A stretch of DNA of 64,000 nucleotides, from assembly GCA_963696385.1 (NCBI GenBank), contig CAVOKF010000008.1, forward strand, positions 1-64,000, given 5' to 3'. The notes under the pieces are model-generated. The model was not told where the DNA came from. It searched no databases and saw only the letters and a list, made by a program, of their open reading frames with translations. Position 1 is the stretch's first letter. Each line of letters opens with the position of its first letter. Both the position numbers and the translations under genes were made by a program. The DNA comes from an uncultured delta proteobacterium (GTDB lineage: Bacteria; Myxococcota_A; Polyangia; Polyangiales; Polyangiaceae). This document shows positions 31,485 through 42,302 of this stretch, in pieces.

Positions 31485-32356
31485 GCGGCGGCGAGACGAA
31501 ACGACGAGCGCTCGGTCGGGGTCTCGACGCTCTGCTTCCAGCCGCGCGGCCGACTCCCGGATACGGCGACAGGAACGTGTTCACTTGTCCGCTGGACAAG
31601 ATCAAGCCGCAGCCGGGTCAGCCGCGGCAACACTTCGATGCGCAAAAACTGGACGAGCTCGCGCAAAGCATTCGCGAACACGGTTTGCTCGAACCGCTGG
31701 TCGTGCGCCAGGCGGCGGGATCCGACACGTTCGAGCTCGTGGCCGGCGAGAGGCGCTGGCGCGCCCTGCAACGCGCGGGGGTACTCGACGCACTCGTCGT
31801 CGTAAAAGACGTGAGCGCGAAGAACGCCTTCGAGCTTGCGCTCATTGAGAACGTCCAGCGAGAGGATCTCAACGCGATCGAGCTCGCCGAAGCCTACGAT
31901 CGCCTCGTTCGCGAACACGGATATACGCAAGAGGCCCTGGCGGATCGGCTCAACAAAGATCGAACGACGATCGCCAATTCGCTGCGTCTTCTCAAGCTGC
32001 CGCAGCGGGTGCGCGCGAAGGTCATGGCGGGCGAACTCACCGAGGGTCACGCTCGTGCGCTTCTCGGCGCCAACGACGCCGCATCCATGGATCAACTCGC
32101 GGAGCGAGTCATCCGTGGTGGCCTCAGCGTGCGCGCCACCGAGGCGCTCGTGCGGGAGAGGGTGCGTCGAAAGAAGGCCGCCACCGACGAGCAGCCGAAC
32201 GGCACCAAGAGCGCCAGCGTGCGCGATTTGGAACAACGGCTGACGCGAGCGCTCGGTACGAAGGTCGACATACGCGATCGCGGAAACAAGGGGGAAATTG
32301 CGATTGCTTACGCCAACCTCGACACACTCGACCGTATGCTCGAAAAACTTCTTTGA
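31481..32356 (+). CDS. parB: ParB/Spo0J partition protein
   Basis: ALGRGLDALL, QPRQHF, AGERRWRA, ENVQREDLN, NSLRLL. GTG start overlaps the parA stop. Confidence 0.95.
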   Translation: MSGGETKRRALGRGLDALLPAARPTPGYGDRNVFTCPLDKIKPQPGQPRQHFDAQKLDELAQSIREHGLLEPLVVRQAAGSDTFELVAGERRWRALQRAGVLDALVVVKDVSAKNAFELALIENVQREDLNAIELAEAYDRLVREHGYTQEALADRLNKDRTTIANSLRLLKLPQRVRAKVMAGELTEGHARALLGANDAASMDQLAERVIRGGLSVRATEALVRERVRRKKAATDEQPNGTKSASVRDLEQRLTRALGTKVDIRDRGNKGEIAIAYANLDTLDRMLEKLL

Positions 32357-32528
32357 CCGCTTCTTTGTAGCCCGGCGCCTCTTCGCCAACCTTGCGATGT
32401 GAAATTGTGGCCGGCGTCGATTCACCGAAGGCCGATGCCATCGATCTCGCTCTCGCTGGAAAGGCCAAACCGTGTGTGGCGCGACGATTCACCTGAGGTG
32501 GATGGCATCGATCTAGCTGGGGGGCCAT

Positions 32529-32680
32529 GCGGCCGAGTCCCCGAGCCGCTTCGGCCGCCTTCAGCCCCTTTACGATTGGACGCGCGGCTGAGTCCCCGAG
32601 CCGCTTCGGCCGCCTTCAGCCGCTTTACGATCGGACGCGCGGCCGAGTCCCCGAGCCGCTTCGGCGGGCGCCTTCAGCCG
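32529..32680. repeat. 55-bp tandem repeat (~2.7 copies) overlapping the folD stop codon
   Basis: GGC(C/T)GAGTCCCCGAGCCGCTTCGGC at 32531, 32586 and 32641. Confidence 0.85.
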
Positions 32681-33552
32681 TGGCGCTCCTCGCGTCTCGA
32701 CGCGGCCTCCAGCGTGTTGGCCAGCAGCATCGCGATGGTCATCGGCCCGACTCCCCCCGGAACCGGAGTGATGTATCCCGCGACCTCTTTGGCCTCGTCA
32801 AACGCCACATCCCCCCAGAGTTTGGTCTTGCCGTCCGGAAGCGAGACGCGCGTCGTTCCCACGTCGATCACCACCGCGCCCGGCTTGATCCAGTCGCCGC
32901 GAATCATTCGGGCCTTTCCCGCCGCGGCGACGAGCACGTCGGCCCTGCGGCAAAGGTCGGGGAGATCGCGCGTGCGCGAGTGGGCAAGCGTGACCGTGGC
33001 ACTTTCGCGAAGAAGAAGCTGCGCCATCGGCTTGCCTACCGTGTTGCTGCGACCCACGACGACCGCGTTTGCGCCTTCGAGCTGGATGCCGGACAGCGCG
33101 ATGAGCCGCATGCAGCCCGAGGGCGTGCAAGCTACGAGCGCTCCGGGGCGCCCAAGCCCGAGTAGCCCGACGTTGACCGGATGGAATCCGTCGACGTCCT
33201 TCGAAGCGTCGATCCGATCGAGAACGCGGTGCGGATCGATGTGCTTCGGCAAGGGCATCTGCACGAGAATGCCGTCGACCCCTGGATCGGCGTTGAGCTC
33301 GCGCACACGCGCCACGAGCTCGTCCTCGAGAGTGGCGCCGCTCAGCGCGAGCAGCCTTCCGTGAATGCCCACGTCGCTCGATGCACGCTCCTTGCTGCGC
33401 GTGTACAGGACACTCGCCGGATCCTCTCCGACCAAGACGACATCGAGCCCCGGCGCCCGGCCGAATCGGCGCCGAAACGCCTCGACACCGGTGCGCACCT
33501 CCGCCCGCACGATCTCCGCGAGCGCCTTGCCATCGAGGATGCGTGCCGTCAT
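32674..33552 (-). CDS. folD: Bifunctional methylenetetrahydrofolate dehydrogenase/cyclohydrolase
   Basis: [37 protein letters not shown]. Confidence 0.96.
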   Translation of the reverse strand: MTARILDGKALAEIVRAEVRTGVEAFRRRFGRAPGLDVVLVGEDPASVLYTRSKERASSDVGIHGRLLALSGATLEDELVARVRELNADPGVDGILVQMPLPKHIDPHRVLDRIDASKDVDGFHPVNVGLLGLGRPGALVACTPSGCMRLIALSGIQLEGANAVVVGRSNTVGKPMAQLLLRESATVTLAHSRTRDLPDLCRRADVLVAAAGKARMIRGDWIKPGAVVIDVGTTRVSLPDGKTKLWGDVAFDEAKEVAGYITPVPGGVGPMTIAMLLANTLEAASRREERHG

Positions 33553-33567
33553 ACGCGACGCGCGAGC

Positions 33568-34527
33568 TTACCGCGCGGCAGCGCTGCCGTCATGGACACT
33601 CGTTGGCCTGCGCGCCGCACCCCGCCCGCGCCCGAGGTGAATCGCGAGCGCACACGCCAAAAGCACGAGCCCCAGCCATTGCGAGGTCGACAGACCGAAC
33701 ATACTGCCTCGGTCGTCTCTTCGCAGCACCTCGAGCGCACATCGAGCGACGGCGTAGAGCGCGATCGACACGGCGAAGACTTGCCCGTCGTAGCGCTTTC
33801 GCGGATGAACCACGATGAGACAAATGCCGGCGATGAGCAGCGACGTCGCCGACTCGTACACTTGAGTCGGATGCACCGGCAAGCTCCACATCTGTGCGGC
33901 GGGGAGCAAATGCGCCTTGAACTGCTCCTCGCTGGCTGCGCTCCTCGTCGGGAACGATATGGCCCACGGGAGGTTGCATGTGGCTCCGAAACAGCAGCCG
34001 GCCATCAGGCATCCCATGCGGCCGAAGGCGAGACCCAGCGGAATCGCGAATCCAGCCATGTCCGCAGCCTTCCAGAAGGGGAAGCGATCCCGCTTGAGCA
34101 GCAGCCACGCGGCTGCGAAGGCGCCTATCAGTCCTCCGTAATAGGTCAATCCGCCCGCCCAGAACTTCGCCCAGGCCAAGCAGTCGGCGACTCTCGGGTG
34201 ACAGATGCCCTTGGCGGCGTCCCAGATGCCGCCGTACTCGGTCGAGAGGCACTCTGCCCGCGCGAGCGGCCAGTCGACGCGCGATGGGTCGGTGCAAAGG
34301 TGCACGTAGTCCCAGAAGTAGCCATCCGCCAGAACATGGAGAACGCGAGCCCCGGCCACGCCGGCCAGAAGCATGGCAAGCCCGAGGTCGACAATGACAT
34401 CCGGATTTTCGCCGATGCGACGCGCCCAAAGGACTCCAAGCGCCGTTGCGAAAAGAAACGCAGACAGCAGGAAAACGAAATACGACGGGAACGAAGTCCC
34501 GAGCAGATGAAAGAGATCGGGGTGCAC
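33568..34527 (-). CDS. lgt: Prolipoprotein diacylglyceryl transferase
   Basis: GGLTYYGG, GRMGCLMAGCCFG, HPTQVYES, LRRDDRG. Adjacent to lspA. GTG start inferred. Confidence 0.9.
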   Translation of the reverse strand: MHPDLFHLLGTSFPSYFVFLLSAFLFATALGVLWARRIGENPDVIVDLGLAMLLAGVAGARVLHVLADGYFWDYVHLCTDPSRVDWPLARAECLSTEYGGIWDAAKGICHPRVADCLAWAKFWAGGLTYYGGLIGAFAAAWLLLKRDRFPFWKAADMAGFAIPLGLAFGRMGCLMAGCCFGATCNLPWAISFPTRSAASEEQFKAHLLPAAQMWSLPVHPTQVYESATSLLIAGICLIVVHPRKRYDGQVFAVSIALYAVARCALEVLRRDDRGSMFGLSTSQWLGLVLLACALAIHLGRGRGAARRPTSVHDGSAAAR

Positions 34528-34567
34528 GACGACTCGTACCTTCGGAGAGTACCCGATCGTCGCCGAC

Positions 34568-35314
34568 TCAGCGGTCCGGAGCCGGTGACTCGGCCGAGTC
34601 GCTTGGCGCCTCCCAATCTGGGACGGGTTCGCCGGATTGGGCGGGCGGTGCCGTCGAGATGCGCACCAAAGGCGGTCGCCCACGCTTGCTCGTAAACATA
34701 TCGAGTGCCATCAGGCCGACGCCGACGCAGATCGCGATATCGGCCACGTTGAAGGTGGGCCAGTGATGTTCAACGCCTTTCAACGTTACGTGAACGTCGA
34801 TGAAGTCGATGACATGACCATACCGAATACGATCGAGCACGTTTCCGAGCGCTCCCCCGAGCACGAGCGGAAGGCCCCATTTGAGCGCCAGCTGGTGAGC
34901 GTGGAGGCGGCGATAAAGCGTCATGATGAACGCGATCGCTGCGACCGATACAAGAAGGAAAAACGGGCGGCGGACGTTCTCGCTCGTGGTCTGCAGCAAC
35001 CCCCACGCGCCCCCACGATTTCGAGCCAGCACCAGGGTTACGTACTTCGGCCAAACCTCGACCAAGCCCGGATAGCTGTCGAGATGAGTGGCCGCCCAAC
35101 CCTTCGTCATGACGTCGAGCAGTACCGTTATCGTCGAAACGACCGCCAAAAAAACATACGAAGGATTATTTCGGCCATAGTCCGCCACGGAGCGGGCCGC
35201 TCCAATCGGGACACCCAGACGCCCGCCGTCCCCTTCGTTGGCCGGAGTCGGAACGCCATCCACGGCCGAGCCCTCGGGCGCCTGTGCCGTCGCGCTCTGC
35301 GTGGATTCCGTCAC
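34568..35314 (-). CDS. lspA: Lipoprotein signal peptidase II
   Basis: NRGGAWG, GALGNVLDR, VIDFI, FNVAD. Confidence 0.93.
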   Translation of the reverse strand: MTESTQSATAQAPEGSAVDGVPTPANEGDGGRLGVPIGAARSVADYGRNNPSYVFLAVVSTITVLLDVMTKGWAATHLDSYPGLVEVWPKYVTLVLARNRGGAWGLLQTTSENVRRPFFLLVSVAAIAFIMTLYRRLHAHQLALKWGLPLVLGGALGNVLDRIRYGHVIDFIDVHVTLKGVEHHWPTFNVADIAICVGVGLMALDMFTSKRGRPPLVRISTAPPAQSGEPVPDWEAPSDSAESPAPDR

Positions 35315-35414
35315 GATGGTTCGGGCGATCTAGTGGATTGTCGGTGCAAGCGGAAGCCCCGCGTGCCGCCCACGCGCTTGCGGCGATAGTATACATCCGT
35401 TTAGCATCGCTTGC

Positions 35415-37802
35415 ATGTCTTTGCCACCCTGGGTGACTGAACGGGGCATCGACGCCACCCTCGCGCGCTGGCGCGCGAGCGCGTGGGTCAAGCCCTGCTT
35501 CTGTGCGGACGAGACCCTCCAGGAGAGCGATGGCCGTTACGCCGCTTTGCCCGAAGGGCTGCCTTCCGAGATCGGTCGTGCGCTGCGAGCACGCGGAATC
35601 GATCGCTTGTACGCGCACCAGGCCGAGGCGATTCAGGCCGCCCTTTCCGGGCGGCACGTGGCGATCGCCACGCCTACGGCGAGCGGAAAGAGTCTCTGCT
35701 TTCATGTGCCGGTTATCGCTCGACTGTGTCAAGTCCCCGACGCACGCGCGCTGTATCTGTATCCGACCAAAGCGCTCGCGCGCGATCAAGAGGCCGGACT
35801 GCTCGACCTGATGAAAGCCGCTGGACTCGGATCGGGGGTCGTCGTCTACGACGGAGACACTCCGGCCGACGCGCGACGCGCCGCCCGCGAACGGGCACGA
35901 ATCGTCCTGACGAATCCGGACATGTTGCACACGGGCATTCTGCCGCATCATACGAGCTGGGCGACGACGTTCAGCAACCTTCGTTACATCGTCATTGACG
36001 AACTGCACACGTACAAGGGTGTGTTCGGGTCCCACGTTGCAAACGTGTTGCGGCGCCTTTTGCGCGTCGCTCAATTTCACGGTTCTCGTCCGTGCCTTCT
36101 CGGAGCCACCGCGACCATCGGTAACCCTCGAGCGCATGCGGCTCGCTTGTTCGGAGTTTCCGAAGACGAAATCGATCTCGTCGATCGCAGCGGAGCCCCG
36201 CGCGGGGAGCGCCGCTTCTTTCTATTCAACCCACCGGTCGTGAACGACGAGCTCGGGATTCGTGCGAGCTACGTCAAGCAAGCCGTCATGCTCGCCGCAG
36301 ACCTCGTTCGCGCCCGAGTCCCTACGCTCATTTTTGGTCATTCGCGAAACTCGGTCGAAGTGATGCTCCGCTATCTTCGAGATGCCGTCGCGACGGACGC
36401 GACGCGGACGGACAAGGGGGCAGGCATCGAGGCGTCGCAGATCGTGGCGTACCGCGGCGGGTACCTGCCGGCTCAGCGCCGCGAGGTCGAGCGACGCTTG
36501 CGCGAAGGCGAGATTCTCGGCGTCGTTGCAACCAACGCCCTGGAACTCGGGATCGACATCGGCGAACTCGACGCCGTCGTGTGCGCGGGCTACCCGGGTT
36601 CGATCGCGGCGACATGGCAGCGCTTCGGCCGAGCCGGACGACGCGGAGCCGAGAGCGTCTGCATCCTCGTCGCATCGAACGCGCCGGTCGATCAATATCT
36701 CGCTCGCGAACCGAGTTTCCTATGGGGCGCGCCCATCGAGGAAGCGCGCATCGACCCGGACAACGTCGAAGTCCTGGTTCAGCATGTCAAGTGCGCGGCG
36801 TTCGAGCTTCCCTTCCGGCGTGGAGAATGCTTCGGTTCGCTCGGATCCGATGAAACCGCGGACGCGCTTTCGTTTCTCACTCGCCACCGCGTGCTTCACG
36901 AATCCGGCGATGCCTTTCACTGGGCCACCGACGCGTATCCGGCCAATGACGTTTCACTTCGGAGCGTCGGATGGGACAACGTCGTCATCATCGACGTCGA
37001 ACGCGACCAGTCGATCGGCGAACTCGATTGGCGATCCGCCCACACGATGCTGCACGAGCAGGCGATTTATCAACACGGCGCGGAATGCTGGCAGGTCGAA
37101 CGCTTCGACCACGACAACCACAAGGCGTTCGTTCGCCGCGTCGAGTCCGACTACTGGACGGAGGCGATGACGTACGCCCAAGTGTCGGTCATCGAGACGA
37201 ACGCGGACGGACCCTTGGTCGATGAAGACCCGATTTGGACGGCGGGATGGGGAGATGTCAGCGTCGTGGAAAAGGTCGTCGGCTACAAGAAGATCCAGTT
37301 TTTTACACACGAGAACACTGGGTACGGCGATGTCCGTCTTCCTGAAATGCAAATGCACACGACGGCATTCTGGCTCACGGTGCCCGAGAAGGCGACGCTG
37401 CCCTCGCCCGCCCAAGTGATCATGGGGTTACGTGGGGTCGGCGCCGCCTTGCAGACCGCGGCGACGGTCGCTCTCATGTGCGATCCGCGCGACCTCGGGG
37501 TCACGCTCGGTGAGGCCGGCCCGGTGGCACCACCCAGAAAGGACTCAGGCCGCCCCACGCCGGGCTACCGTCCAACCTTGTTCGTCTACGAACACGTGCC
37601 GGGAGGGACCGGACTGGCCGCGCGGATCTGGGAGGTGCGGAGCGCGCTCCTGACGCGAGCGTTCCGGCTCATCGAACGCTGTCCCTGCCCGCAGGGCTGC
37701 CCGGCCTGCGTGGGTCCTGGGGATCCCTCGCGAAAGGCGGTGGCGCTGGATCTCCTCCGGATCCTTGCGCCTTTCAGGAACGTGCCGGCTCGACTCAGCT
37801 GA
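35415..37802 (+). CDS. DEAD/DEAH helicase with DUF1998 Zn-binding domain (MrfA/Hrq1/SftH family)
   Basis: TASGKS, PTKALARDQ, DELH, TNALELGIDIG, QRFGRAGR, C-terminal CPCPQGCPAC. Confidence 0.9.
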   Translation: MSLPPWVTERGIDATLARWRASAWVKPCFCADETLQESDGRYAALPEGLPSEIGRALRARGIDRLYAHQAEAIQAALSGRHVAIATPTASGKSLCFHVPVIARLCQVPDARALYLYPTKALARDQEAGLLDLMKAAGLGSGVVVYDGDTPADARRAARERARIVLTNPDMLHTGILPHHTSWATTFSNLRYIVIDELHTYKGVFGSHVANVLRRLLRVAQFHGSRPCLLGATATIGNPRAHAARLFGVSEDEIDLVDRSGAPRGERRFFLFNPPVVNDELGIRASYVKQAVMLAADLVRARVPTLIFGHSRNSVEVMLRYLRDAVATDATRTDKGAGIEASQIVAYRGGYLPAQRREVERRLREGEILGVVATNALELGIDIGELDAVVCAGYPGSIAATWQRFGRAGRRGAESVCILVASNAPVDQYLAREPSFLWGAPIEEARIDPDNVEVLVQHVKCAAFELPFRRGECFGSLGSDETADALSFLTRHRVLHESGDAFHWATDAYPANDVSLRSVGWDNVVIIDVERDQSIGELDWRSAHTMLHEQAIYQHGAECWQVERFDHDNHKAFVRRVESDYWTEAMTYAQVSVIETNADGPLVDEDPIWTAGWGDVSVVEKVVGYKKIQFFTHENTGYGDVRLPEMQMHTTAFWLTVPEKATLPSPAQVIMGLRGVGAALQTAATVALMCDPRDLGVTLGEAGPVAPPRKDSGRPTPGYRPTLFVYEHVPGGTGLAARIWEVRSALLTRAFRLIERCPCPQGCPACVGPGDPSRKAVALDLLRILAPFRNVPARLS

Positions 37803-38178
37803 CGGCCGTCCCCGCATCGCCGTTCGAGGCGCACGCGGGCGAACGGCTCACTTCCCCCCGAAGCCCCTCAGGCACGGCAAGACCGAACGCCTGCATCCAC
37901 TCGGCGGCGACCCAGAGTGGGCCCACGAGCAGGTAGTAGGGGTCGCCGTAGAACGCGGGCTTGTTTCCTTCGAAAACGTAATGACCCACGTACTGGAGCG
38001 CCCAACCTCCCACGAACAGGCCCGCGGCCGCCTTCGTGTGCACGAACGCCATCGGGAGCGCCGCCACAATCATCGGAATACCAATCATGTGGGTCAGTTT
38101 GGTCCCTAGATGCTTGTGCTCGCTCTCGTAAAGCGCGATGTATTGGCGTAACGTGTGTTTGGGACGCGGGAATTTCAT
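37795..38178 (-). CDS. DUF962 / Mpo1-like membrane protein
   Basis: YESEH...THMIGIP, GWALQYVGHYVFEGNKPAF. Confidence 0.8.
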   Translation of the reverse strand: MKFPRPKHTLRQYIALYESEHKHLGTKLTHMIGIPMIVAALPMAFVHTKAAAGLFVGGWALQYVGHYVFEGNKPAFYGDPYYLLVGPLWVAAEWMQAFGLAVPEGLRGEVSRSPACASNGDAGTAVS

Positions 38179-38193
38179 GGCCGATGAGCGTAA

Positions 38194-38500
38194 GACGTGC
38201 CGCGCGCCGCGCCAAGATGCCCGGAGCGCCGGCTCGTCCGCGTCAGCGCCATCCGCGGCCATGGGGTACGACGTACCGCGCGCCGCGCCAAGATGCCCGG
38301 AGCGCCGGCTCGTCCGCGTCAGCGCCATCCGCGGCCATGGGGTACGACGTGCCGCGCGCCGCGCCAAGATGCCCGGAGCGCCGGCTCGTCCGCGTCAGCG
38401 CCATCCGCGGCCATGGGGTACGACGTGCCGCGCGTCGCGCCAAGATGCCCGGAGCGCCGGCTCGTCCGCGTCAGCGCGATCCGCGAGTCGCGGCCATGGG
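38194..38500. repeat. 76-bp tandem repeat (4 copies) overlapping the stop codon of the upstream minus-strand gene
   Basis: Unit starts at 38194, 38270, 38346 and 38422. The last copy merges into TCAGCGCGATCC (stop at 38471-38473). Confidence 0.9.
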
Positions 38501-40349
38501 AATGGGGCCGATCGGCCATTCGGTCAAAAGAGGCGATCGGGCTCTGGGACCGGCTTGGCGAACGACGCGCGCGCACTGCTGCAGCGGAATGCGCCGCGGG
38601 CCGAATGGAGACGAATCTGCGGCATCGGAATCCATGAGAAGCGTGGGAGTGTCGATGCCGTAGTCGTCCGGGTGCCCGGGCAAATTCATCAGGACGTGCC
38701 CGAGTTCGTGGGCCAAGGTCAAACTGCTATGGGCCGCTCGGATGCCGGCTCGAATCCAACAGAACGACGTTGCGCAGGCTCGATAGGTCGCTTTCGATGA
38801 ACGACTCTCCAATGCGTCCTCCTCCAGCGAACAGCGGCACGACGACGACCTCGATCGTAGCGGGGTCGCCATCGTCGAGTGCCTTGAGCAACGTCCGCTC
38901 TTCCAATGTCCCGGCCATCGCGTCCATGTCCGTGAAATGCTGCAGGCCGTCGGAGAGATCGACCGAACCGATACGAACCGTCAACGTGCGGTCCGTCGAC
39001 AGGGGCACGCCCGGTGACACGTCCGCCGCGACCAGCACCCCATCCTTGCGTCGCAAGGAGACGTCGACGCTGGGTCCTATTCCGGGCGCGACGGTCGCAT
39101 TGACCGACACCTGCGCCGAAAGACCCACGCGCTCGGCCGCGCGAGCCAAGTCGCTCGCAACGGCGTCGGTGGTTTCAGAGGGCACGGTGCGAACCGCGAT
39201 CGACTTGCCGTCGGCTCGAAAGCGAATCTCGCCCCCACTCGCAGGCAGTCCGAGGTCATCGCCAATCGCGATCAAATGGGAGGGCGGGGGGTCGACGACC
39301 TTGACGTCGAGCAGCCGTGGATCACCGAACGTGAGTCCGCACTGGCCCCAAACGCCCGATGCGACCCCAATCTCGGCTCTCAGGGCTTGCACGGCACCGG
39401 CGTCCGTTCCCCCAATCGCAGGGGCGCCGCCCGGACTGATCCGCACGACGAAAGGACGCAACGCGGCTCGCAATCGCCCGATGGGGCCGACCGGCGAGCC
39501 GCGCGGGCCAAGCACCCGAATCATCTGCGCCTTTCTTCCGTCAGCCCGAAATACGACGGCACCGCCGACCTGCGCCTCGACGCTTCGACCGGCCGCGACT
39601 GGGTGATTGCGGTCGACGTCGTCCGTGACGAGCCGCAGCGGCAGGCTTGCCCAGCAGTGGACGCGCGCGCTTGCGACCGGGCATTGCCACTGTGTGACGG
39701 CGAGCGGGGGCAGTTCATCGATCCGCGTGCCGAGCGACGTCACGGACTCGGCCGCAATCTCTCGATCGCCGTTCGGCCACGCACCGTTGTCGGGAAGCTC
39801 GAGGACGACGCGAAGGGCGTCGGGGTCGTCGTATTTCTCGGGACTGCCCGAGACCAGCCGCTCCGGAGGATCGCGTTCGAGGGAAGCATGCGACCGCGCC
39901 ATGTCGACGCGCCGCCCCTCGCCGTCCCGCATCTCGATTCCGCGCACCTCGAGGATTACCTGAACGACCGCACCGCGTGCGGTCGCGGTCAGCTCGACGG
40001 TGCCCGGCGACAAGCCCTCGAACCATCCTGCGGACGGCAAAGAGGGACCCCATGGCGCCGGTACGCCGGCGGCCGTCACGACTCTCGCGTGCTCTGCACC
40101 CGATCGCATCTCCACGCGGGCGCCGGCGACGCGCGGGTCAATCGGCACGAAATCCACATAGGTAGGGGGCGGCAGGACGCTCTGCTCGCCGTCGGGGACA
40201 CCGTCGGCGTCGTCGTCGTCTCGATCCGCCCAGAGAGCGATTCGAAGTGTCGGGCCTTCCGCGACCGCGCCGGCAGAAGGTCCCGTCGACACGAGGCCGC
40301 CGACGAGACCGAACGCCGCCGTTATTCGAGCCAGCCCCACTGAATCCAT
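38471..40349 (-). CDS. Secreted hypothetical protein with C-terminal HEXXH zinc-metallopeptidase motif; apparent +1 frameshift near 38753
   Basis: Signal-like N-terminus and DRDDDDADGVPD. Removing one base (GGATTCG to GGATCG) joins NVVLLD to RAGIRAAHSSLTLAHELGHVL. Confidence 0.65.
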
Positions 40350-41713
40350 CGAAATTCGGTTTCCCCGAGCAACGTCTCGGTCGACGGACCGGTTCTCGCC
40401 GCCGCGCGGATGAGCGCTCCCCACGCGACGTTGCCGATGACTCGGGACTCGATGAACGCCTCGGCCAATTCAAGCGAGCGTGCACGGGTTGCGACCCCAC
40501 TCGGGTCGGCTGCAGGTGAGGCATCCCACAGCGCGGCGGCTGCGAGACCACGGAGGTCCTCGCGTTTCGCGCTGGCCGCCGCTTCGGCGAGAGCCGCCCG
40601 CAAATCGTCCCTCACCCGGTCCCGCGCCAAATGAAGCGCTGCCCGGATGCTGGTCTCGTCGGGCAGCGGCAATACGCGGACGAAGGTCTCGAGCATGGAT
40701 CGCGCCGCGGGCGCGCCCGTACGTGCCATTCGGAAAAGGAATGTCGTGTCTCGATCGGCGCTCGGCCGGTCGGAAAGCCGCGCAACGAGCTCGAGTGTGG
40801 GCCTCGTGGTGGGATGGGGCGGAGCGACCGTCCCCCGCACTGCCGCATCCGCTTCGCGAAGGGCCCACTCCACAAGCGACCACGCCGCGCGCGAACTGAC
40901 CGGACCGGAATGCGCGCGGGATTCGGCTTCTTGGATGGGGCCCGGGTCGCCGGCCTTGACCGCAACCTCGGCGAGCACGAGCCACCGACCCAGGTGTCGC
41001 TCCGCCCCGCGCAACACGGCGAGGGCCGGGCCCACCTGTCTGGCGAGCGGCATCGCCCGAGCGAGCGGCACAAAAAGCTCCGTGCACATCGAGATGCGAT
41101 GACTCTCCTTGATCATGGGAGCGAGTTGGGCGAGCAATGCCCCGTTCGACTCGCCTCGCGCAACTCGGGCGAGTTCGGCGCCAAAGGCGAGATGCGCCTG
41201 GCGGCTCGCAGCGATCTTGGCAAGCAACGTCGCGAGTTCGGGATCTTGCGAGAAACACGCGGCGCTCAACGCGGCGGCACCGCCCGCCTCGTCGCTTGCC
41301 AGCGCCCGCCGCAGCAGCGCGGCAGCTTGTCGATCTTGCGCTTCGGCGAGCGCACGGAGTCCACACGCATAGAGCTCCCGCTGTAGCGCGCCGCGCCGCA
41401 AGAGCACCGCCGTGGCTTCGCCGAGCGATGCCCGCAAGGCGGGACTCAACGGTGCAACCGCGCGAACGGCGCCGGCGAGCTTGGCCTCACTCGCTGGCCT
41501 GCGCTTCAAAGCCGCATCCACTTCGCCCTCGAGCCGCGTGCGGGTCGCTTTGTCGAGAATCTCCGCTCGCGCGATAGGGGGACGAACCGACGCCGAGAGC
41601 GACTCGGCGCGCTGCGTCGTCTTGGCGAGGGGCGGGACGGCGGGGGCTCGCCCCCATGCCACTGGCCCCTCCCTTCGGAGGGCGCCTTCCGCTCGGACCC
41701 GCTTTGCCTTCAT
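40322..41713 (-). CDS. Ala-rich helical (HEAT-like) hypothetical protein; start uncertain
   Basis: Long ORF with natural composition ending FRWIQWGWLE, overlapping the next gene's start. Confidence 0.6.
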   Translation of the reverse strand: MKAKRVRAEGALRREGPVAWGRAPAVPPLAKTTQRAESLSASVRPPIARAEILDKATRTRLEGEVDAALKRRPASEAKLAGAVRAVAPLSPALRASLGEATAVLLRRGALQRELYACGLRALAEAQDRQAAALLRRALASDEAGGAAALSAACFSQDPELATLLAKIAASRQAHLAFGAELARVARGESNGALLAQLAPMIKESHRISMCTELFVPLARAMPLARQVGPALAVLRGAERHLGRWLVLAEVAVKAGDPGPIQEAESRAHSGPVSSRAAWSLVEWALREADAAVRGTVAPPHPTTRPTLELVARLSDRPSADRDTTFLFRMARTGAPAARSMLETFVRVLPLPDETSIRAALHLARDRVRDDLRAALAEAAASAKREDLRGLAAAALWDASPAADPSGVATRARSLELAEAFIESRVIGNVAWGALIRAAARTGPSTETLLGETEFRWIQWGWLE

Positions 41714-41814
41714 CGAATGCGTTCCCCCGTCCTGGGCGCGCGCGCCCGCAGGCTGGACCATATCAGAGGCACGGCGCGACTCGACGACGATCGTCCTAGA
41801 AAAAATGTCCGCGG

Positions 41815-42180
41815 CACGACCCCACGCCACGACCCCACGCCACGACCCCGCGTCCACGATTCCGCGCCACGGCTTCGCGTCACGATAGATTCCGCGCCAC
41901 GATCCCGGGCCACGGCTTCGCGTCACGATAGATTCCGCGCCACGACCCCGGGCCACGGCTTCGCGTCACGATTCCGCGCCACGATTCCGGGCCACGGCTT
42001 CGCGCCACGATTCCGCGCCACGATTCCGGGCCACGGCTTCGCGTCACGATAGATTCCGCACCACAATTCCGCGCCACGGCTTCGCGTCACGATAGATTCC
42101 GAGCCACAATTCCGGGCCACGGCTTCGTGTCACGATAGATTCGGCGTCACGATTCCGGGCCACGGCTTCGCGCCACGACT
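41815..42180. repeat. Mosaic 13/17-bp minisatellite
   Basis: Interchanging GATTCCGCGCCAC / GATTCCGGGCCAC / GGCTTCGCGTCAC(GATA) units over ~360 bp. Confidence 0.85.
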
Positions 42181-42302
42181 TATCGCCGGGAGGCGATTGG
42201 GGGTCGGGGCCGAGGCCCCAAGGAAATCACTTTAAGTACGGCGGCAACCTGCAAAGCGAGCATGCCCTCGCGAAGCTGGGTACCGTTCAAGGGGGCGCTG
42301 CA

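Noticed and set aside
35415..37802. DUF1998 helicase as part of DISARM/Druantia defence
   Set aside because: Stand-alone MrfA/Hrq1-type helicase among housekeeping genes, with no methylase or drm partners nearby.
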